Made by a program: the position numbers and the translations under genes. A DNA stretch of 47,688 nt from a virus (lineage: Duplodnaviria > Caudoviricetes): the IMG/VR virus record IMGVR_UViG_3300012940_000009, positions 1 through 47,688 of that record. The stretch is one strand, 5' to 3'. Below, piece after piece: positions 42,422 to 47,688 of this stretch (position 1 is its first letter; each line of letters begins with the position of its first letter). A model generated the notes under the pieces. The model made no database searches, was not told the origin of the DNA, and saw only the letters and a list, made by a program, of their open reading frames with translations.

Positions 42422-42783
42422 CACCCGTTCTCCTTGGTGCGGGAGAGAGCGGCGCGGAGGTTTTCGAACGCCTCGCTGTCCGTCCGCACTGCGTCGGCGT
42501 AGACGAAATTGCCGCCGCCGGACCCGCTGTCGTATCCGACATGAACGGTCACGGTTTCCGCGGCCATGATGGCGTTCGCAGCCTTCACTAGAGCGGAGCA
42601 GCGCTTGCTTGCCTGAAACCAACCTTCAACGAATTCGCGTGCGCACAGCATCTTCACGCGGCGCTCGGTTTCATCCTTGTAGGACCAGCCGCGAAGCTCT
42701 TTGCCATCCAGCGTCAACGTGATTTCGTCGCGGTCGTTATCAACCACGCGTGGGATCACCCCACCGTCTCGTGTATCGGTCAT
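42421..42783 (-). CDS. Hypothetical protein
   Basis: GGAG RBS; ATGA coupling. Confidence 0.6.
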   Translation of the reverse strand: MTDTRDGGVIPRVVDNDRDEITLTLDGKELRGWSYKDETERRVKMLCAREFVEGWFQASKRCSALVKAANAIMAAETVTVHVGYDSGSGGGNFVYADAVRTDSEAFENLRAALSRTKENG

Positions 42784-43103
42784 GGGCGCTCTCCGGTGGC
42801 TGACTTGATGGCGGCTTCGAGCGCGCCAAGAACGTTGCCGGGCCGTATGGACTCGCCCTGAGCCTTCAGCGTCACCAGAGCGCGCTTTGCCGCTTTGAGA
42901 AGATCAGGAGCAGCGGCTATCAGACGGGCGTTGGCGCGGCCCTCGGGGATTTGATCGTTGAACGAGGCGATAATGATCTCGTCATCGGCGTAGATGTCCG
43001 CATAGCGTTCCGGCCCGTCCGGCGGAATGATCCCTGCGTCCCACTCCCACGGCCCCGGCGTATGCGCACCCGCATTCCCGTCAGTACGGATAGAGGAGGT
43101 CAT
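42780..43103 (-). CDS. Hypothetical phage protein (HTPGPW...ANARLIAAAPDLL family)
   Basis: Motif as named; AGGAGG RBS. Confidence 0.7.
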   Translation of the reverse strand: MTSSIRTDGNAGAHTPGPWEWDAGIIPPDGPERYADIYADDEIIIASFNDQIPEGRANARLIAAAPDLLKAAKRALVTLKAQGESIRPGNVLGALEAAIKSATGERP

Positions 43104-43104
43104 G

Positions 43105-43440
43105 CTAGGCCTCCTGCTTGGATGCGAGTTCAATGGCGCGGTCGAACGCTGCCATTACATCGGCATGCGTAGTGCCGGGGGCATCGTTCCACGATGAGAT
43201 TGGGCGGGAGCCAAGGGCCGCCCCGCTGCGAAAGGCGGTAACGACCGGACCCGCAAGGATGTAATCCGCCTTCTGTGCGCGGGCGATTGCCCCAAGCGCG
43301 CAAAAGCGGCGGGCCTCTCGATGAGTAGGGAGAACCATCGCGCCGGCGGCGTTAGCGGCTGCGAACCGCTTGCTCCACTTCTCCGGCGCATCGATCAGCG
43401 CCTTAGCCTTGCGGAGAATTTCGACCGTCTCGGATGCCAT
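43105..43440 (-). CDS. First early-left gene, hypothetical
   Basis: GAGGAGG RBS; FCALGAI...WNDAPGTTHADVMAAFDRAI motif. Confidence 0.7.
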   Translation of the reverse strand: MASETVEILRKAKALIDAPEKWSKRFAAANAAGAMVLPTHREARRFCALGAIARAQKADYILAGPVVTAFRSGAALGSRPISSWNDAPGTTHADVMAAFDRAIELASKQEA

Positions 43441-43491
43441 CTTCCCGACCTCCTCGCCTCCGCCGAATGCGGTGGGCTATGGAGATCAGTA

Positions 43492-43533
43492 ATGGGCCAA
43501 AACCCATCCGAAGTAAAGGGCCAAAGCCCATCG
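43492..43533. promoter_or_regulatory. Left operators (OL)
   Basis: ATGGGCCAAAACCCAT (43492-43507) and TAAAGGGCCAAAGCCCATCG (43514-43533); the latter is the exact reverse complement of 44341-44360. Confidence 0.85.
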
Positions 43534-43584
43534 ATGGGCAAAAAAATATATCCGTGTGGCGGGATGCCGCACGACTCTTGGGGA

Positions 43585-44274
43585 TTAGATGGGCCTAAAA
43601 GTGCCTATAACCAGGCGGATAACCTCGATCGTCTCGCCCGAATCCCCGTCGTCCTTTTGTTTGGGGATAATCAGGGGAGGGGCATCCGAATATTTCGGGT
43701 CGGTCGATCTCGGCCACAGCTCATAGCTCTCGGCCTGAACGACTATTTGCTTGCAGGTGATTTCTCGGAGATCCCCGCGCCGGCGCTCCACGATCACGAT
43801 ATCGTCAGACGTGAGAGCCGCGCGCACCATCCAATAGGGCACACAAATGGCGTAGTCGCCGTCCTCAATCTTGAGGAGGTTGACGGAATTACCGACGATG
43901 CGCCAAGCGTCCTGCTCAACGCCAGGGTAACGTCCTGGCACAGTTGGTATCTCTGGGTATTTGTTTTCGTCCCAATGGTCAGAGTCCGCCTCTAGCCACA
44001 CCCCTGCAGCTGCTTCTCCGGTGACTTGCGCCTTCCCGGATACGCGGACCGGATTTCGGACCGTAGAATGGGGCTCTTCCATCAACTGTGCAACTGTCAT
44101 GCGTAAGACGGCAAGAATGCGGCCAAGGGTATCGAGGCCAGGGTCACGCCCGCGCTTGATGATGTCGCGTACCGTGGAATCAGACAGCCCGGCTTGCAGC
44201 GACACCGCTTTCATATCGGTGCCCTGCCTCTCTATTTCCTCCGCAAGACGTTCTCGCCACTGGCCTTGTCGCAT
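43585..44274 (-). CDS. cI: CI-like repressor (HTH + S24 autopeptidase)
   Basis: HTH MKAVSLQAGLSDSTVRDII, Ala-Gly cleavage site AAAG, catalytic Ser (GNSV) and Lys (TCKQ); divergent from cro. Confidence 0.88.
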   Translation of the reverse strand: MRQGQWRERLAEEIERQGTDMKAVSLQAGLSDSTVRDIIKRGRDPGLDTLGRILAVLRMTVAQLMEEPHSTVRNPVRVSGKAQVTGEAAAGVWLEADSDHWDENKYPEIPTVPGRYPGVEQDAWRIVGNSVNLLKIEDGDYAICVPYWMVRAALTSDDIVIVERRRGDLREITCKQIVVQAESYELWPRSTDPKYSDAPPLIIPKQKDDGDSGETIEVIRLVIGTFRPI

Positions 44275-44278
44275 CGTG

Positions 44279-44364
44279 ACGGGACCTTGCCCGTTCTGTT
44301 GATGAATGCAAATGTGATAATGCCCATTATGGTTATTGACCGATGGGCTTTGGCCCTTTATAAC
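44279..44364 (+). promoter_or_regulatory. Right operators OR3/OR2/OR1 and PR promoter
   Basis: 16-bp GGGC-N4-GCCC-type palindromes at 44279-44294, 44312-44327 and 44343-44358; TTGACC-N17-TATAAC (44336-44364) with OR1 in the spacer. Confidence 0.85.
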
Positions 44365-44371
44365 AGAGGGC

Positions 44372-44599
44372 ATGTTAGACGCACCCACGCTCCTTTCGCA
44401 GATTGAATCCTTTCTCTCGGAGACGGGCATTCAACCCTCCACCCTCGGGCGCCAGGCCGTAAACGACGGCAAGCTCATCGAGCGGCTGAGAGATGGCGGC
44501 ACGGTAACGCTGGAAACAGCGACCCGCATCGTTGAGTGGATGGATGCTAACCGCGACATCAAAGGCCGTGGCCCGCGTAAAGACGCGGAGGCCGCATGA
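44372..44599 (+). CDS. cro: Cro-like HTH protein
   Basis: LLSQIESFLSETGIQPSTLGRQAVNDGKLIERLRDG; first gene after PR. Confidence 0.8.
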   Translation: MLDAPTLLSQIESFLSETGIQPSTLGRQAVNDGKLIERLRDGGTVTLETATRIVEWMDANRDIKGRGPRKDAEAA

Positions 44600-44679
44600 C
44601 GCCCCTCGATCTCATCCTCATCACTCTATCCGGCGCTTCCTTCATGGGCGGCGGGTTCATCCTCACAAGGGGGAGATAG
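44596..44679 (+). CDS. 27-aa membrane peptide
   Basis: GGAGG RBS and ATGA coupling to cro; MTPLDLILITLSGASFMGGGFILTRGR. Confidence 0.45.
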   Translation: MTPLDLILITLSGASFMGGGFILTRGR

Positions 44680-44682
44680 CAG

Positions 44683-44934
44683 ATGCAGACCGGAACAAAG
44701 ATTCTCGTCGGGATAGAGCAGGGCGGGCGTGAAGTCGCTGAAGCTCTCCAGATCGTCCAGACCACTTTCATCGGTCTGACCATCGCGTTCGTCGCGATTG
44801 GGCTGTTCTCCCTCTGGTGCCTGATGCGCAATGACGCGAAGCGCCGGAAAGCCGACCGCGAGGCCATCCGCGTCCGCACATTCATGAAAATCGATGGCGT
44901 CGATACGGCTTTCGACATGAAGGAGGCGGCGTGA
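44683..44934 (+). CDS. Single-pass membrane protein
   Basis: GGGGAG RBS; one TM helix. Confidence 0.6.
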   Translation: MQTGTKILVGIEQGGREVAEALQIVQTTFIGLTIAFVAIGLFSLWCLMRNDAKRRKADREAIRVRTFMKIDGVDTAFDMKEAA

Positions 44935-45158
44935 TGCGCAGGACTTCTCTCTACATCCTCATCGGAGCTTCCCTGCTCGCAGGCGGCGCATTTGGCTCGG
45001 AAGGCCACACCATTCAACGCGATTGGTTCGATTATGCGCTGATGGCTGTCGGCATGCTCCTCGTAGGCATCAACTGCGCCAGAGCCGACCACGCCTTGGA
45101 AGAAACCGACCGGCAGCGCTCGCGGGCTGAAAAAGTCGCCTCTTGGCGCAACGGCTGA
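44931..45158 (+). CDS. Small two-TM membrane protein
   Basis: AAGGAGG RBS; two hydrophobic segments. Confidence 0.6.
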   Translation: MMRRTSLYILIGASLLAGGAFGSEGHTIQRDWFDYALMAVGMLLVGINCARADHALEETDRQRSRAEKVASWRNG

Positions 45159-45303
45159 AATACGCATAGCGGGCCACTCGTAACAACAAGTATTCAGGCC
45201 CGCTCGCAAGACAACTGAAACAGACGGTGCTGAGACCGTCAAGAGTCAATACGACGCACAAGCTCCAGCGGTGGAGAGGCGTCAAACCATTTGAGGCTGG
45301 GTC

Positions 45304-46047
45304 ATGCAGAAGAATTCTGCCGTCCAATCCGTATCTTTACTCCCGGCGTCCAACACCTCCCAACCCTCCGCCGGGCAACTGACCGGGCGTTCGTCTCCCC
45401 CAGATGAACGTCCGGTCACATTCTCCGTTGGGCCCGGTTGGGCGAGAGACCAGGTGGCGGAACTTCAGCGCTGCATATCTGCGGGCCTTACGTCCGGAGA
45501 GACCGCCCTGCGCATGGGCAAGTCCCGAAATGCCGTCATCGGGAAAGCGCACAGGCTGGGCCTGCATTTCTTCGGCGGCGGCCTTCAGATCGTGCAAGTC
45601 AACACTCGGATCGCGGAGCGCCGGATCAAGGACAGTCTCGAGCGCTCTGAGCGCCGCGAAGCCATCCTCAGGCTGAATGCCGAGGGAAAGTCGCGTGCGG
45701 ACATCGCCGCGGAAGTCGGCACCACTCCTACCGCTGTGAAGTGGGTAATTTTGAGAGCAAGATGGGGCGGGGACACTCGCGCACAGACAACGCCACGCAA
45801 GCGCTTGGTCCGCCCCGTGCTGGATATCAACTGCGGCCAGCCCGTCACCTTCATGGACGCGATAAACGGCAAGCTGTGCCGCTGGTTCCGCCCCGGCGAG
45901 AGCGGGGCTTTCGGGCTGGTCTGCGGATGCAAGCCCTTCATGGGCCAATCCTACTGTCGCGATCATAAAATCATCGCCTGCACGCCCGCTCGCCGAGAGG
46001 ATCTTGCTCGCCTGATGGACAAGGCCGAACGGAGCGCTTCGCTGTGA
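45304..46047 (+). CDS. gcrA: GcrA-family regulator (start uncertain: 45304 or GTG 45454)
   Basis: GLTSGETALRMGKSRNAVIGKAHRLGL (GcrA N-terminal HTH) and CRW...CGC...QSYCRDH (GcrA C-terminal Cys/His motif); extra central HTH. Confidence 0.82.
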   Translation: MQKNSAVQSVSLLPASNTSQPSAGQLTGRSSPPDERPVTFSVGPGWARDQVAELQRCISAGLTSGETALRMGKSRNAVIGKAHRLGLHFFGGGLQIVQVNTRIAERRIKDSLERSERREAILRLNAEGKSRADIAAEVGTTPTAVKWVILRARWGGDTRAQTTPRKRLVRPVLDINCGQPVTFMDAINGKLCRWFRPGESGAFGLVCGCKPFMGQSYCRDHKIIACTPARREDLARLMDKAERSASL

Positions 46048-46412
46048 CGACGATCGTCCTCTCACGTCCTCCGCTCAGCCTCTACCAGCTTTACGGCCGC
46101 AACCGCACCGGGCGGCAGTACAAGACGCGGATGTACGTCAACTGGCTAAAGCAGTCCCAAGCTGAGATCCTGCTTCAGAAGTCGCCGAAGCACACTGAAT
46201 GCGTCGATATCCTGATCCGCATTCCTCGCGCTGGAGTCCGTGCCTCGTCCGACGCTTCCAACCGCATTAAGGCGGCAGAGGATTTGCTCGTCAGCATGCA
46301 GGTCATCCCCGACGACCGGATGAAATACGTCAATTCCTCGAAAGCGGAATTCGCGGACGACATCGACCGGACCGAGATCATCATTACGGCGGTCGAGAGG
46401 GAAGCGGTATGA
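46044..46412 (+). CDS. RusA-like Holliday junction resolvase
   Basis: SDASNRIKAAEDLL...IPDDR matches the D..N..K...D.L...DD RusA signature. Confidence 0.8.
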   Translation: MTTIVLSRPPLSLYQLYGRNRTGRQYKTRMYVNWLKQSQAEILLQKSPKHTECVDILIRIPRAGVRASSDASNRIKAAEDLLVSMQVIPDDRMKYVNSSKAEFADDIDRTEIIITAVEREAV

Positions 46413-46573
46413 GCAAGCAAGCCGCTTGGGTAAAACCGGAACTGCCTACCGGGCGCGTTGATCGCTCGGCGGGGCGCGCCCATCGTTGTGTCATGACAGA
46501 CGACTTCGTATCCATTGGCGATCACGCCGCCGAACTTCTCCGTAAACTGAGGGAGAAGTTGAATGGCCGCTAA
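46409..46573 (+). CDS. Hypothetical 54-aa protein
   Basis: ATGA coupling; hand translation MSKQAAWVKPELPTGR...ELLRKLREKLNGR; overlaps the dnaB start. Confidence 0.45.
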   Translation: MSKQAAWVKPELPTGRVDRSAGRAHRCVMTDDFVSIGDHAAELLRKLREKLNGR

Positions 46574-47688
46574 CATCCTCAATCTTCATCAGGCGCCGTC
46601 TGCGATCGAGGCGGAGCAGGGGCTTCTTGGGGCGTGCATCCTAGACGCGCAGGCGTTTGACGTCGCCTCGAGCCTTCTGGATGACGACGACTTCTCCGAA
46701 GACGCGCATCGGCTAATCTGGGAAGCCCTTAAAAGCAACCGCGGCAACGGGCGCGTTGCGAACTTCAAGCTGGTGACCGCGGCCCTGGGTTCCGCAGGAC
46801 ATCAGGTTTTGTTCGACAACATGACCGTCAACCAATACGTCGCACGCCTAGCTTCAGAGGCGGCCACGATCTCGGAAGCCCCGCACTTCGCTCGAGCAAT
46901 CAAGGACGTTGCCGATGTACGGCGGCTGATAGCTGTTGCCGGCGACATTCAGGTCATGTGCCGGGATGGTCTTATCGCGGATGCGGAAAGCATCGCGTCG
47001 GAGGCCATCGTTGCTCTCGATCGGATTATGCAGTCGCATGCCAAATCCTCGACGCCTCGTGTGTCGATCGGTGTGGCAGCCGAACGGGCCCTGGAGCAGG
47101 CCAGAGAACACAAGGGGAAGGTCCGCGGCATCAGCTGGGGCCTCGAGAGTCTGGACAGGCTCACACTCGGGCTTAGGCCCTCGCATCTGTACGTCATCGG
47201 CGGGCGCCCGGGCATGGGGAAGACCATGCTGGCCCTGTCAGCGGCGCTTGCGGTTGCCCGGACGGGGAAGGGCGCCCTGTTCGTCTCTCTCGAGATGAGC
47301 GAGACCGAACTCGCGGAACGCGCCCTGTCGTCCGAAATGGAGCGTGCCGGGGCGCAGGTCTCCTATCAGAAGCTTGCGGCAATGGACGTGCCCGACGCGG
47401 CGATGCCCGCACTCGAGCGCGCTTATGAGCGTATCCGGGAAATGCCGTTCGAAATCGAACAGCAGCCGGGCGTCACCCTTGGCCAGATCCGCGCTCGAGC
47501 GCGACAGGTCAAGCATCTCATGGAGCGTAAAGGCATCAAGCTCGGCGCCATCTTCGTAGACCACATAGGCCTGATCCGCGGCGAAGGGCGAAAGTCACGC
47601 TACGACGACACGACGGATATTTCCAACGGCCTGAAAACCATGGCCAAGGAATTCGGCACCCCTGTTGTCGCGCTTGCACAGCTCAACA
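46563..47688 (+). CDS. dnaB: Replicative DNA helicase DnaB, N-terminal part (about 468 aa when joined to 1-404)
   Basis: Absent from the ORF track because it runs off the end. APSAIEAEQGLLGAC, Walker A GGRPGMGKT, FVSLEMS, Walker B FVDHIGL; GGGAG RBS. Confidence 0.93.
   Translation, partial: MAANILNLHQAPSAIEAEQGLLGACILDAQAFDVASSLLDDDDFSEDAHRLIWEALKSNRGNGRVANFKLVTAALGSAGHQVLFDNMTVNQYVARLASEAATISEAPHFARAIKDVADVRRLIAVAGDIQVMCRDGLIADAESIASEAIVALDRIMQSHAKSSTPRVSIGVAAERALEQAREHKGKVRGISWGLESLDRLTLGLRPSHLYVIGGRPGMGKTMLALSAALAVARTGKGALFVSLEMSETELAERALSSEMERAGAQVSYQKLAAMDVPDAAMPALERAYERIREMPFEIEQQPGVTLGQIRARARQVKHLMERKGIKLGAIFVDHIGLIRGEGRKSRYDDTTDISNGLKTMAKEFGTPVVALAQLN
47566..47688. repeat. Terminal direct repeat, right copy
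   Basis: Identical to 1-123. Confidence 0.97.

Noticed and set aside
43321-43995. 224-aa plus-strand ORF across OL and the cI 3' end
   Set aside because: Overlaps operators and cI in antisense. Its repeated GQ.PS peptides just reflect the operator repeats.
44275-44430. N-terminal extension of cI as given in the ORF track (start 44430)
   Set aside because: It would run through the operators, PR and the cro start; ATG 44274 directly precedes the HTH domain.

Overview
The window is a complete, circularly permuted genome (about 47,565 bp unique; bases 1-123 repeat exactly at 47566-47688) of a temperate, short-tailed, P22-like phage. The host is probably an alphaproteobacterium of the Hyphomicrobiales, judged from the SSB type, a GcrA homolog, GTTC-N7-GTTC LexA boxes and GANTC-rich promoters. 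Modules in order: replication (DnaB split across the ends, initiator with iterons); NusG-family antiterminator and MTase; a structured late leader; packaging/head genes (P22 gp3-like TerS, TerL, portal, GroES, scaffold, gpT-like capsid followed by a Mu-gpT-DE-like RNA); a fibre/tailspike cassette; P22-like neck, ejection and tail genes; lysis (M15 endolysin, holin, spanins); attP (3' half of tRNA-Val CAC) with a tyrosine integrase; an early-left recombination operon (ERF, YqaJ, SSB, NinB, HNHs); a cI/cro switch with clear operators; and an early-right arm (GcrA, RusA). The most unusual pattern is that four late 'effector' genes (a toxin/ADP-ribosyltransferase-like head-cluster gene, a beta-helix tailspike, the large ejection protein and the endolysin) each have a tail-to-tail overlapping antisense partner, and each partner has its own GANTC-containing promoter. 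The tailspike plus glycosyltransferase pair also sits in a cassette bracketed by two copies of the same small domain. All calls come from reading motifs by eye; no database searches or folding programs were run.
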